A stretch of DNA of 48,419 nt from a bacterium (GTDB lineage: Bacteria; Patescibacteriota; Minisyncoccia; Ryanbacterales; GWA2-47-10b): positions 1-48,419 of the forward strand of contig JAQBTR010000005.1 in the NCBI GenBank assembly GCA_027624915.1, given 5' to 3'. The notes under the pieces are model-generated. The model did no database searches, was not told the DNA's origin, and was given only the letters and a program-made list of their open reading frames with translations. Every line of letters begins with the position of its first letter. The stretch's first letter is position 1. Made by a program: the position numbers and the translations under genes. This document shows, piece by piece, positions 8,140 to 18,374 of this stretch.

Positions 8140-10632
8140 TTATAGTTGAGTAATTTCTTTCGGATCAAATATAAATGTATCTCCTCGCTTGAGTTCGCCT
8201 GAAAGAATTTTTTTGGCGATTACCTGTTCTACATGATCCTGAATTGCGCGGCGCATTGGGCGTGCACCAAATGTCTTGTCATACCCAATCTCTACCACAC
8301 GAGCTGCTAGATCTTCTGTTGGTTCAAAATTAATATCTTTTTCTTTTAATCTCTCACCCAACTCACTGAGCAATATTAATGCTACTTTTGTAAGTTCTTC
8401 TTTGGTAAGTGGATGATACACAATCATGGAATCAAACCGATTCAAAAGTTCTGGCGGAAAACTTCCCTCGGCCCGCACCGCCTCAATAGTTTCTGACTGA
8501 ATTTGTTCTGTGGTCTTATTCGCTTTTAACATGTCCCAAATGGCATTAGAGCCTGCATTTGAAGTCATTATTATCATGCTTTCTCTTGCCGATACTTCAC
8601 GTCCGCCTGCATCAGTAAATCTACCCTCATCCAAAATTTGTAAAAAAAGATTAACAACCTCAGATGAAGCTTTTTCAAACTCATCAAACAAAAGAAGACT
8701 AAACGGTCTTTCGCGCAAGCGAGAGGCTAGTATTCCTGGCTCTTCATGCTCCGCCGACCCTATGAGTTTTTGTATACCTTCGTCTCCCTGATATTCGGAC
8801 ATATCAAAACGAATCATTGATTCAACATCACCAAAATAAACCTCAGCAAGTGTTTTTGCAGTTTCCGTCTTTCCAACACCAGTGGGGCCAAGAAACAAAA
8901 ATGTGCCAAGTGGTCTATCTCCTTCTCTTAGTCCCGAGCGTGCTCTGCGCAATGCGTTTGATACGGCACTTATTGCATGCTCTTGGCCAACAATACGCTG
9001 GTGCAAAATCTTCTCAAGATTTAATAGTTTCTCTTTTTCCTCCCCTTCCGCGTCTAGTGTAGGTATTTTTGTTCTTTTGTTAACGACAGCATCTATATCC
9101 TTTGCTGTAATAAGTGTCGGCGATTTTCCTGCCACTGCTCCCGCACCATCAAGCAAGTCTATGGCCTTCTTTGGCATTGCGCCCTCCGTAATAAAACGTC
9201 TTGCAAGCTCCTCCGCTCGTCTTAGTGCTTGATACGTAAATATATGACCAGTCGTCGCTTCAAGAGTTATAAGGACATCTTCAAGCATACGAATAGTACG
9301 GGCGGGCTTGGGCTCCTCTACTTCAAACTTTTCAAATAGTCTTGCTACCTTTTCGTTTGACTCAAGATGTTTGTGATACGTACTTCTTGTCGCTAATGCT
9401 ATCACCTGTAAATCTGCGCGTGATAAAAACGGTTCTATAACATTTAATATATCAACGCCAAGCTCATGAGCAGACTCAATAAGAGCTGGTAAGTTATTTA
9501 TAACAAGAATAATGTTTCCTGCCTTAATTGAATCTAAAAATATCTTTAAAATAACCTCCTCGTAATTGCCGATGTCCTTTGTTGATGCTACAAGACCCGC
9601 CTCATCCAAAATAATGACACGCTTATCCCAAAGCTCTGGCGCAGAGCGTCCAACATGTATGCTCTCGGCCAATCCTTCAACAATGGTGTGCCTGCCAGAT
9701 CCTTCATCTCCAACCAAAAGAACGTTTGCTTCGTATGACCGTGCCAAAATATCTTGAACTGATTTTATTTCTTGGGTTCTTGCTTCGCGCTCTAAGAGTG
9801 ATCGTGACGATATTACCTCGTTAGAATATGTATCTAAAGTAAATGTATATCCGTACCCAAGGTCTCTTATTAAGCTCGGAAAACGAAGCAGCATATCTTT
9901 TGACCACCAAACACTTCTTCTTCCCTCTTCGTTAAAGGCATGCTCCACCCAAAATGCGGCCTCTATTGCATCCTCATCTTTAATTTTGTTTTTAAACAAA
10001 AAATCTCTAAGAGCTTTGTCGTGAGTTAGTAAGGCAACCAACATATCGCCAACACGAATTGTTATAGCGGCCCTCCTATCAACGTTGTTGAGGGCGGTTT
10101 TAAATAAAATATCGGATGGTAGTACGTCTTCATCGCGCGCTCCATTAACCCAGGCCATAGCATCTCTGCTTGATAGCCCAAGTCTCAGAAAAAAAACTTT
10201 TCCAAAATTTGTTTTTGAAAATAAATCTGCAAACCTTGAGAGTTGTATAGTACCGATAAGTGGCGTCTTTGTGTAAGACACCATACGAAGAGATTCTATG
10301 CTCGCATAGTATGTTGTGTCATTCTTTTGAAAAAGTCGAACATGATTGAGGTTTGAACGGTAATAAAATTCAATAGCAACTATATCAAGCCACAAACCAA
10401 ACAAGACCAGGGTGGCACCATAGAGAATTGTTTCAAACTTTGAGATGGTAACTAAAAAATCTTCAGGAAGAAAAGCGGAAGCAAACATGACTGCAAGAGA
10501 AAGAAGAAGTAAAATACTAAAAAAGACCGTAACAAAAAATGCATATGTACGGCGTACTCGCCAAGAAATCCAGGAATCTAAGCTAAAGGCCTTGATTGCT
10601 GTTGGTTGAGAATTTAAAAGATTATATGTCAT
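8140..10632 (-). CDS. ClpA/ClpB-like AAA+ ATPase with N-terminal transmembrane anchor
   Basis: Two N-terminal TMs; degenerate D1 (GDEGSGRH); intact D2 GPTGVGKTETAK, RFDMSEY, LFDEFEKA, GARPMRRAIQ. Confidence 0.9.
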   Translation of the reverse strand: MTYNLLNSQPTAIKAFSLDSWISWRVRRTYAFFVTVFFSILLLLSLAVMFASAFLPEDFLVTISKFETILYGATLVLFGLWLDIVAIEFYYRSNLNHVRLFQKNDTTYYASIESLRMVSYTKTPLIGTIQLSRFADLFSKTNFGKVFFLRLGLSSRDAMAWVNGARDEDVLPSDILFKTALNNVDRRAAITIRVGDMLVALLTHDKALRDFLFKNKIKDEDAIEAAFWVEHAFNEEGRRSVWWSKDMLLRFPSLIRDLGYGYTFTLDTYSNEVISSRSLLEREARTQEIKSVQDILARSYEANVLLVGDEGSGRHTIVEGLAESIHVGRSAPELWDKRVIILDEAGLVASTKDIGNYEEVILKIFLDSIKAGNIILVINNLPALIESAHELGVDILNVIEPFLSRADLQVIALATRSTYHKHLESNEKVARLFEKFEVEEPKPARTIRMLEDVLITLEATTGHIFTYQALRRAEELARRFITEGAMPKKAIDLLDGAGAVAGKSPTLITAKDIDAVVNKRTKIPTLDAEGEEKEKLLNLEKILHQRIVGQEHAISAVSNALRRARSGLREGDRPLGTFLFLGPTGVGKTETAKTLAEVYFGDVESMIRFDMSEYQGDEGIQKLIGSAEHEEPGILASRLRERPFSLLLFDEFEKASSEVVNLFLQILDEGRFTDAGGREVSARESMIIMTSNAGSNAIWDMLKANKTTEQIQSETIEAVRAEGSFPPELLNRFDSMIVYHPLTKEELTKVALILLSELGERLKEKDINFEPTEDLAARVVEIGYDKTFGARPMRRAIQDHVEQVIAKKILSGELKRGDTFIFDPKEITQL

Positions 10633-10633
10633 A

Positions 10634-11014
10634 TCAGCTTATTGCATATACAAACCCAAATAAAAATGCCAACGGGGCTAGAATAGGGGCAAACAAAACC
10701 AACACAACAAAGAGTCCACCAATCACAAACCCAACAACCTGAGCCATAACACCAATAAACACAAAAACAGTACGTACAACCATACCAACAATACGCATAA
10801 GAGAATTCACTGCTATAACCTCAAAAAAGTCCTGAATATCAAACCCTCGCCTACGTGTCTCTTTTATCCGATAAAGAGGTGAGAAAAAATTACCTAACAG
10901 GGTCGGAATAGAAAACATCCTAAACAAGAACCAATGTATGTTAAACCAAGCGTTAAAAAGAGCTGGAATCCCTACAGAGTACTGCCATGTAATATATCCA
11001 ACGATGCTATTCAT
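10634..11014 (-). CDS. Small membrane protein co-transcribed with the Clp ATPase
   Basis: 126 aa hydrophobic; stop 1 nt from the Clp ATG; TGT-TACAAT 7 nt upstream of start. Confidence 0.8.
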   Translation of the reverse strand: MNSIVGYITWQYSVGIPALFNAWFNIHWFLFRMFSIPTLLGNFFSPLYRIKETRRRGFDIQDFFEVIAVNSLMRIVGMVVRTVFVFIGVMAQVVGFVIGGLFVVLVLFAPILAPLAFLFGFVYAIS

Positions 11015-11056
11015 TGAATATATTGTAACACTCTATTAAAAATGGGTCAGCGTGGA

Positions 11057-11746
11057 TTACGACCCAAGTCTACGCTCACGTCCTTGAAACTCATTAACTG
11101 CGGCTTCAAAGTCCTCAGGCGTAAAATCCGGCCACATTTTATCTGAAAAATGAAGCTGTGCATCCGCTACGTCCCACATCATAAATCCTGCAGATAGGTG
11201 TGGGTCACCACCGGTTCTAATTACCAAATCTACTGGGGGTAAATCTTTTGTATACAAATACTCTTTCGGATCGGCAGACCCAGCTGCACTCGCCTCTTTA
11301 AATGCGTACCTCATCTCACTCTTGCCGTCATAGCAAATCAAAAGATTGAGCACATGCTTTGTACGTGAACGAGTGTCTCCAATCACCTTGTGAAAAAGAT
11401 TGACCAGAGGTTCTGGCAGCATCTCGCGCCACTCACCCATTACTCGGACACGTACATCATTTTCTTTGAGATGGTCACTACCTAGAGCCTTTTGCATCAT
11501 TCGACGAAAAATATTAAAAAGTTCTGCTATCTCACGCTTTTCTCGTTTGCGAATATTATCGATGCTCATGCCCCAAAACGAAAGACAGTAGACATTCATA
11601 TCTACCGATTTTTTTAGGATGTCTTCGAACGCCTTATGGCCGGCACGATGCCCCGCCCAGGGTGAATTCCCACGTGCCTTAGCCCAACGGCGGTTACCGT
11701 CAGGAATGATTGCGATATGTTTAACTTTATAATCGTGATCAGGCAT
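11057..11746 (-). CDS. uppS: Undecaprenyl/polyprenyl diphosphate synthase
   Basis: HIAIIPDGNRRWA, VDLVIRTGG, WPDF, RERRLG. Confidence 0.95.
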   Translation of the reverse strand: MPDHDYKVKHIAIIPDGNRRWAKARGNSPWAGHRAGHKAFEDILKKSVDMNVYCLSFWGMSIDNIRKREKREIAELFNIFRRMMQKALGSDHLKENDVRVRVMGEWREMLPEPLVNLFHKVIGDTRSRTKHVLNLLICYDGKSEMRYAFKEASAAGSADPKEYLYTKDLPPVDLVIRTGGDPHLSAGFMMWDVADAQLHFSDKMWPDFTPEDFEAAVNEFQGRERRLGS

Positions 11747-11769
11747 ATATATGTAACGCAGTGAAAATC

Positions 11770-13014
11770 TTATTCGTATCTGAGGGCTTCTATAGGACTT
11801 CTCTCGCTCGCCTTACGTGCAGGATACAGCCCGAAAACAAGTCCTACAAGTGATGAGATTAAAACTCCGAGTGTCGCTGCAGGAATCGAAAACTGAAAAC
11901 TCCATGCAAACCCTGCGAATGCAGTTATCGCAAGAGACAACAAAAATACTATAAGAGCTCCTGATGCAACACCGAGTATGCCTCCGGCTGATGTAAGTAA
12001 AACTGCCTCCGTCAAAAATTGACGCATAATGTCCTTTGTTGTAGCACCAAGTGCTTTGCGAAGTCCGATCTCGCGCGTTCGTTCTGTTACTGATACAAGC
12101 ATTATATTCATGATGCCCACACCACCAACAAGTAACGCGATTGCGGCAATCGCCGCCACCGCATTGGTCATAATATCGATAATCCCACTTGTTTGATCTA
12201 AAAGATTTGCTTGCGTCAAAACATGAAAATCATCTTTATCGGGGTCGGAGATACCATGAAGCTCGCGTATCGTCGCCTTAATATCTTCTACGGTACTGTC
12301 GGTGTTAGCAACATCCGCGACGCGCACCCAAACTTCGTTATAATGATCCGTTCCTGTTAAATATGTCTGTGCCGTTGAGTACGGAACAATGACAAGTTCT
12401 CCAATATCAAAGAACAGTACTTGACCACCCTCAGCAAGAACACCAGTCACTCTGAAGTTTTGATCTTTTATCTTAACGATTTTACCAACAGCACTATCAG
12501 AGCCAAATAATTCTTCAGCAACACTCGCGCCAAGAACTGCAACACGTTCTTTGTCGGCGATTGCCGCTTCACCAAATAAAAATCCTTCTTTAGGCTCAAG
12601 ATCAAAAACTGTAGACATAAACTCCGCTGAAAATCCCATCATTAGCGGACGGTAAGTCTCTCCCCTATACGATATAGAGCCTGGAATAGAGACTGCCGGA
12701 ACTACTTCTAAAGCTCCTGGTACGTTGGATTTTTTCTGAAGGGCTCGTATGTCTCTTTCTTTGATTGTGTTGGTAAGAGCGGTCTGTGCGAACTCCGTAG
12801 GGCCCTCGGGCTCTCGTCCCGGTTCAATCCAAATAATATCTGAACCGAGGGACTGTAGCTCCCCCGTAATAAGGTGAGTCGCGCTATTGCCAGCTGAAAC
12901 AATAATTGTAATAGACATAATTCCTATAACAATCCCAAGAATAGTTAAGAGCGAACGAGACTTGTGTCGTAGGAGACTCTTTAATGCGCTTTTTAAAATA
13001 TTTTTAAAATTCAT
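11770..13014 (-). CDS. MacB/FtsX-like ABC transporter permease
   Basis: RSLLTILGIVIG, GGVGIMNIMLVSVTERTREIGLRKALGA, PIEALRYE; start ATG 13014. Confidence 0.93.
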   Translation of the reverse strand: MNFKNILKSALKSLLRHKSRSLLTILGIVIGIMSITIIVSAGNSATHLITGELQSLGSDIIWIEPGREPEGPTEFAQTALTNTIKERDIRALQKKSNVPGALEVVPAVSIPGSISYRGETYRPLMMGFSAEFMSTVFDLEPKEGFLFGEAAIADKERVAVLGASVAEELFGSDSAVGKIVKIKDQNFRVTGVLAEGGQVLFFDIGELVIVPYSTAQTYLTGTDHYNEVWVRVADVANTDSTVEDIKATIRELHGISDPDKDDFHVLTQANLLDQTSGIIDIMTNAVAAIAAIALLVGGVGIMNIMLVSVTERTREIGLRKALGATTKDIMRQFLTEAVLLTSAGGILGVASGALIVFLLSLAITAFAGFAWSFQFSIPAATLGVLISSLVGLVFGLYPARKASERSPIEALRYE

Positions 13015-13015
13015 A

Positions 13016-14263
13016 TTAGTCGTAACGCAAGGCTTCAAGTGGACTCTTTTTTGAAGCGCGATTAGCCGGATAAAGACCAAAGACAATACCAACTAGTGCA
13101 GATACAAAAATACCCAAAATCGCGCCCGAGACAGGAAAGGCAAAATCCCACTGGGCATCCATAATATTAGAAAGCAATAGAGATATCCCATATGAAAGTA
13201 TGGCTCCTGCCAAAACACCAATAACACCTCCTACGAGCGTAATTACCAAGGCTTCAATCAAAAACTGAAACAAAATATTTTTGCGAGTAGCACCAAGAGC
13301 TTTGCGAAGGCCTATTTCCTTTGTTCGTTCGGCCACCGCAACCAACATAATATTCATAATTCCAATGCCACCTACCAAAAGAGAGATTGCAGCAACCAAT
13401 ACCAAGAAAGAGGTAAGAACACCTGTAACGGTGCTCACTGTTGAAGTTAACTCATCCTGAGTTCCAACAAAAAAATTATCGTTATCAGGATCAGTAATGC
13501 CATGTGTCTCTCTAAGGGTTCGTTCTATGTCCAAAACAGTTGCATCAATATTTACCGGATCGTCTACTTGTGTAATAAAACGATTAAAATGCTTGATGCC
13601 AAAAATATTACGTTGAGCATACGTATACGGGGTAATAATTGCTTTATCAAAGTTAAAGAAAAGTACCTGCCCCTTCGCAGGGAGCGTCCCAATAACACGG
13701 AGATTGTTTCCTTTGACCTTTATCTTTTTTCCTATCGGGTCATCGTGTGGAAAAAGTTCTTCGCGAACATCTTTTCCAATAACCACCACTGGTGCATATC
13801 CAGTCACTTCGTCCGTTGTAAAAAATCTTCCCTGATCCGTAAATACATCAAAAAGGAAACTTATGAGCTCTGTTGCTCCAATAATCATTGGTGCAAAGGT
13901 CTCTCCTTCGTATGAGATAGTTTCAATTGCAAATACAACAGGCATTACCTCTGTCAGATGAGGAACGTTTGCTTTATTTTTTAACGCATGAAACTGTCGC
14001 TCTTTAAGCGAGTCACCATACAGTGTCTCTATTATTGCGGGGTCTGCGGGTCCTGTTGGTTCTCGTCCAGGTGCGATTGCTATCGTTCGCGCACCAAGTC
14101 CTTCAACCTGATTAAGAATGAGATTTTCGGCAGCCTGACCTACGGACATAACAATCATAATCGCCATGATTCCAACAACAATACCAAGAATTGTAAGAAT
14201 AGTTCGCGACCGATGGAGTGCGAGGCTACGATATGCCGACTGTACTAGGTGAGTCGTCCGCAT
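13016..14263 (-). CDS. MacB/FtsX-like ABC transporter permease (paralog)
   Basis: GGIGIMNIMLVAVAERTKEIGLRKALGA, PLEALRYD; start ATG 14263. Confidence 0.93.
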   Translation of the reverse strand: MRTTHLVQSAYRSLALHRSRTILTILGIVVGIMAIMIVMSVGQAAENLILNQVEGLGARTIAIAPGREPTGPADPAIIETLYGDSLKERQFHALKNKANVPHLTEVMPVVFAIETISYEGETFAPMIIGATELISFLFDVFTDQGRFFTTDEVTGYAPVVVIGKDVREELFPHDDPIGKKIKVKGNNLRVIGTLPAKGQVLFFNFDKAIITPYTYAQRNIFGIKHFNRFITQVDDPVNIDATVLDIERTLRETHGITDPDNDNFFVGTQDELTSTVSTVTGVLTSFLVLVAAISLLVGGIGIMNIMLVAVAERTKEIGLRKALGATRKNILFQFLIEALVITLVGGVIGVLAGAILSYGISLLLSNIMDAQWDFAFPVSGAILGIFVSALVGIVFGLYPANRASKKSPLEALRYD

Positions 14264-14270
14264 AATCGTC

Positions 14271-14996
14271 TTATTTAATAAACTTATCGCCGCGCTTGTG
14301 ACGCCTCGAAACCTTGGAATCTGTTTCCACTCGCCCATCGCGCAATCGAATAATCCTGCTTGCGTAATCTGCTGTATATGTTTCGTGCGTAACCAAAATA
14401 ACCGTATGGCCATGAACCTCGTTTAATTCCTGGAGCGTATCCATAATAATTCGTCCCGAATCCGAATCGAGGTTACCTGTTGGCTCATCCGCAAATATTA
14501 TTGTTGGTTTGTTTACTAGGGCTCGCGCAATAGCGACACGTTGTTTTTCTCCACCTGATAGCTTTGTTGTTTCAAAATTGGCACGATGATCAAGCTGAAC
14601 AAGTTTAATTGCATCCATTGCTCGTTTTTCCCACTCACTTTCTGGAACACTAGAATACATAAGTGGAAGTTTTACGTTTTCAAGCACCGTATGACGTGGC
14701 AAAAGATTAAATGATTGAAAAACAAACCCCATCTTGCTGTTACGCACGCCAGCTACCTGATCGTCAGTTAGGTCCTCAATTGTTTTGCCATCAAATGAAT
14801 ATGTTCCTCCTGTTTGTCGATCCAAAAAACCAAGAATATGAAGAAGTGTAGATTTGCCTGAACCAGACGGGCCCATGATTGCTACAAACTCTCCTTTATT
14901 AATATAAAAAGAGATGCCATGGAGAACCGGGGTTTCTATCTCGTCTGTATAGTATGTTTTTTTAACACCCGAAAGATCTAAAAGTTTCTCGGTCAT
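14271..14996 (-). CDS. ABC transporter ATP-binding protein (LolD/MacB-like)
   Basis: [33 protein letters not shown]. Confidence 0.95.
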   Translation of the reverse strand: MTEKLLDLSGVKKTYYTDEIETPVLHGISFYINKGEFVAIMGPSGSGKSTLLHILGFLDRQTGGTYSFDGKTIEDLTDDQVAGVRNSKMGFVFQSFNLLPRHTVLENVKLPLMYSSVPESEWEKRAMDAIKLVQLDHRANFETTKLSGGEKQRVAIARALVNKPTIIFADEPTGNLDSDSGRIIMDTLQELNEVHGHTVILVTHETYTADYASRIIRLRDGRVETDSKVSRRHKRGDKFIK

Positions 14997-16543
14997 TCTC
15001 GTACAAACACTATTATCTTGTCGCCCACCGAAAGGCCAGATGTAATTTCTATTGTTCCTTCAGATCCGCGAAGGCCGGTTGTCACCACAACCTCTTCATG
15101 AGAGTCTCCACTAACAACTCGTACAAATTTCTTTCCATCTTTTGAGACAACCGCACGAGCTGGAATTGCAATCACACCCTTTTTCTCATCAGCTCGGATG
15201 TCGATATTTGCCGTCATGCCAGAACGAATTCTTTCATCCCTCTCATCGAATACAAGAGTTACTTTATATGTTGCCACTCCTTCAATTACGGTTTCTGCAG
15301 GATCAATTTTTGATATATGAGCCATAAAAATATCATCACTCGTGTACGCATCTAACGTCACTCGTGCAGAATCTTCTAACTTAAGGTTAGAAATATCAGA
15401 CTCTGGAACATTAGCCTCCATTTCAAATCCACTCGTACCAATAACTGATACGAGATTTATGTTAGCCGCAACAATCTCACCTACTGTGGCATCCTGTCTT
15501 GTAACAATTCCACTAATTGGTGTTCGTATGATTGTTTTGGCGATTTCTGCTCCAATGCCATCGACTCGTGCTTGCGCGCTTTCTACATTTGCTTCTTGTC
15601 TCAATATCTCTTCGGCTGTTGTTCCTGCTTTAGCAAGAATTAACTCTTCTTTTGCTAGTGACAAGCTTGAACTCGCTTGGCGAAACTTTTCTTCTGCAGC
15701 CGACATATTAATAATGCCAGTATTTACTGAGGTGCGCGCAGTAGACGTATCTGTCTGATAGGTAGATTGTGTTGCTGTACTTATACCACCAACAGTTCCA
15801 TTAATCGCAGATGCAATTAGATCGAGTAGATCACGTACGGTACCCATAACTGACTTTGCTTCTTCAAAATACACATTCATATCGCTAGAAGAATTTAAAA
15901 CAAGGAGGTTGTCTTCCCATCTTTCTAAAAGTAACTCTAATAGGAACCTGGCAGTTTCGATATTGATCTCACCCTGAACGCCTGGTGAGAATACTAATTG
16001 AGGATTATCACTTCTCGGTCCTGTAAACATAGAATCAATATTTTTTCTTATTCCATCGTCCGAGCGCGTAAATGCATCTCTCATTTTATCTATCGCATTT
16101 AGTTTTGCGTCCACAAGAACCTGCTCCTGATTAGCAACTTTGACGCGAGCAATTTCTACTTCTTCTGGTCGCGTTCCTCGTTGTAGCTCTGACAATCGTG
16201 CATTTTCTGCTTTCAAGTTTGCTTGTGCCTCTGCCAGGTCTGCACGCAGGTCTGCATTGTTTTGCTGAACCAAAACTGCACCGCGTCCCACGGTATCTCC
16301 AACATCTGCAGAGATTGAAGCGATACGCCCTGACTTTTCAAACGCAAGATTAACGCTTTCAGTTGCTTGCACGCGGCCAGTAACGCTAATCTCCTGAACT
16401 ATATCTGTAAGCTCAATGTCAAGAAATTCATTCGTTGATTCTTCTGGGCTTCTAAACAACATGTAAGTCCCAATAATCAAAAGAATAACTGCTACAATTA
16501 GTACAGCGCGTTTGTGACTAGTGAAAAATCCCATCATGCTCAT
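14993..16543 (-). CDS. MacA/HlyD-family efflux adaptor subunit with long coiled coil
   Basis: TM anchor, SGRIASISADVGDTV, IRTPISGIV, IRSGMTA; start about ATG 16543. Confidence 0.9.
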   Translation of the reverse strand: MSMMGFFTSHKRAVLIVAVILLIIGTYMLFRSPEESTNEFLDIELTDIVQEISVTGRVQATESVNLAFEKSGRIASISADVGDTVGRGAVLVQQNNADLRADLAEAQANLKAENARLSELQRGTRPEEVEIARVKVANQEQVLVDAKLNAIDKMRDAFTRSDDGIRKNIDSMFTGPRSDNPQLVFSPGVQGEINIETARFLLELLLERWEDNLLVLNSSSDMNVYFEEAKSVMGTVRDLLDLIASAINGTVGGISTATQSTYQTDTSTARTSVNTGIINMSAAEEKFRQASSSLSLAKEELILAKAGTTAEEILRQEANVESAQARVDGIGAEIAKTIIRTPISGIVTRQDATVGEIVAANINLVSVIGTSGFEMEANVPESDISNLKLEDSARVTLDAYTSDDIFMAHISKIDPAETVIEGVATYKVTLVFDERDERIRSGMTANIDIRADEKKGVIAIPARAVVSKDGKKFVRVVSGDSHEEVVVTTGLRGSEGTIEITSGLSVGDKIIVFVRE

Positions 16544-16625
16544 ATAATAAGGTATAAAAGGGTTTTCAGGAAGGTTAATTCGTGCTATTATCACTCCCAC
16601 ACTAATATGGAGAGTGTGGCCAAAT

Positions 16626-16697
16626 GGCCCCATCGTCTAACGGTTAGGACGTCAGGTTTTCATCCTGGAAATAGGGGTTCGATTCCCCTTGGGGTCA
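16626..16697 (+). tRNA. tRNA-Glu(TTC), no CCA
   Basis: GGCCCCATCGTCTAACGGTTAGGACGTCAGGTT-TTC-ATCCTGGAAATAGGGGTTCGATTCCCCTTGGGGTCA. Confidence 0.95.
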
Positions 16698-16799
16698 CAT
16701 TCAGAAACTTGGTCGGAAGTAAGCGCAAAATCTGGGCGCGCCGAAGGCGCGCTGTATGGCGAGGGTATGAAATCCGTCTTGCGGGCGCGGGCGAATTCG

Positions 16800-17094
16800 A
16801 TAGAGATCCTTTGGATGGTACATCAAACAAATCGTCATGGCTGTTGCCTCGCCTTAGGTCAAGGTCTCCAGACATTGCCGTACCGTGACATGCGTCAGCG
16901 GTGCAGCCTTGTTGTTCGAAAACGACTTCTTGAATTGCATCAAATGTACTGTCAAAACTTGTATCACATTCTGGATTTTCTGGCGGCGTAGGTGGGGGCG
17001 TATTCTTTACGTCTCCAGAACTACCACTACTACCGCAAGAGATTATAAAAATTGCGACCAATATGCCGCACAGATAGATAATGCGCAGTTTCAT
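16800..17094 (-). pseudogene. Truncated lipoprotein with CxxxxCH heme-like motif; the reading frame runs on into non-coding DNA and antisense tRNA-Glu
   Basis: SD AAGGAG; lipobox IIS-C; Pro linker; FDSTFDAIQEVVFEQQGCTADACHG...LDL; protein-like character ends near KGSL. Confidence 0.65.
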
Positions 17095-17199
17095 CTCGAT
17101 CTCCTTGTTAAGTTGTAAACGTGCGCCTCTTTAATTATCGCACCCCCTCATTGTATTGCAGTGCAATACAATGAGGCTCAATACTTCATCTTTCTCTAC

Positions 17200-17925
17200 C
17201 TACTCACCCTTCTCATCGCTCGGTAGTGGAAAGATGAAAGATAAGACTTTATCCATTCCTCCATATACGGTGTTGACTGCATCATCAACTGCTCGAAATT
17301 TGGGATCTACTTCTCGCATATATGCATTGTTAGCTTGTTCTCGAGCTATTTCAGCATCAATTTGATTGTTACGCGCCATAACTCTATATATCGGCGCCAC
17401 GTCTCGCTGATATCGATATGCTTCAACCCGCGCCTCTCTAGCTCTTGCGCGTGATTCAAGTCTTGCGGTTTCGCTACGGGCTGCTGATTCGACCTGAATA
17501 CGACCTGCCTGTTCCATGCGTAGTATTGCAGCCTCCTGTGCTGCAGGAACTGAAAGTGTGGCGGCTGGCCTCGTAAACCTCATTCGTTGAGCGGCGGCAT
17601 CTTCTGGTTTCATCATTGACCCCATACCTCCCGCAAAAATTGTGCCAAGCATAAAAACACGCAATCCTTTTGCTAAGCCTGGGTAACTATGAGCTAATTT
17701 TTCTAAAGCACCTGGCTCATCTGGATCTTCGCCCGCTCTTTTTGTAAGTTCACGCAACATATCACCCTCCCCTCTTGCGAAGTCAGTTCTAAGACCCTCT
17801 TCCAATTCAGGAAGTGGTTCTTCGGTAATCTCGCGAATAATCTCTTCTTCTTCTGGAGAAAATTCTGGGGTTTTTATTTCTTCTTCGTTTTCTGGACCTG
17901 ATGTGTTCATGCTTTCCATATTCAT
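17200..17925 (-). CDS. Hypothetical protein (acidic N-terminus, central hydrophobic segment, Ala/Arg-rich helix)
   Basis: 241-aa ORF starting 2 nt after the upstream gene. Confidence 0.75.
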   Translation of the reverse strand: MNMESMNTSGPENEEEIKTPEFSPEEEEIIREITEEPLPELEEGLRTDFARGEGDMLRELTKRAGEDPDEPGALEKLAHSYPGLAKGLRVFMLGTIFAGGMGSMMKPEDAAAQRMRFTRPAATLSVPAAQEAAILRMEQAGRIQVESAARSETARLESRARAREARVEAYRYQRDVAPIYRVMARNNQIDAEIAREQANNAYMREVDPKFRAVDDAVNTVYGGMDKVLSFIFPLPSDEKGE

Positions 17926-17927
17926 AT

Positions 17928-18197
17928 CTATTCTTCTAGGTAAGCAAATAATTCCTTTCGTTCGGCCTCAATAATCTCTTCTGTCCCACCATTATCTACT
18001 GCTGCAATCTTTAGCTTCATGTTTTCTGTTACTTCAACAAGCAGTCCTGGATCATTTCCTATGACGCCCACAAAAAGAACCATGGCTTCTGGCGCCATAA
18101 AACCAAAACGCTCCTTCCACAAGGTAACGTCATCCTTGTGAAGCTCACTTCCATCAAGAAGTTCATGCGCTTTTTCTATGACATCATCGTGTTGCAT
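17928..18197 (-). CDS. Small acidic hypothetical protein
   Basis: 89-aa ORF; TACTAT shortly upstream of ATG. Confidence 0.7.
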   Translation of the reverse strand: MQHDDVIEKAHELLDGSELHKDDVTLWKERFGFMAPEAMVLFVGVIGNDPGLLVEVTENMKLKIAAVDNGGTEEIIEAERKELFAYLEE

Positions 18198-18277
18198 ATC
18201 TCTATAGTATGTAGGAGATACAAAATTACAAGCTTCAAATATAATAGAAACGTGGTAAAATCCTAGTTACCTCACTC

Positions 18278-18354
18278 GGGCGTATAGCTCAGCTGGTTAG
18301 AGCGTTGCATTGACATTGCAGAGGTCGGAGGTTCGAGCCCCCCTACGCCCACCA
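18278..18354 (+). tRNA. tRNA-Val(GAC) with CCA
   Basis: GGGCGTATAGCTCAGCTGGTTAGAGCGTTGCATT-GAC-ATTGCAGAGGTCGGAGGTTCGAGCCCCCCTACGCCCACCA. Confidence 0.95.
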
Positions 18355-18374
18355 CCCAGGTTTTATTAAATAAA

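Noticed and set aside
11770-14263. Duplicated MacB-like permeases as a novelty
   Set aside because: Two-permease MacAB-type operons are common.
16514-16888. 124-aa plus-strand ORF
   Set aside because: Reads through tRNA-Glu and antisense of the lipoprotein fragment.
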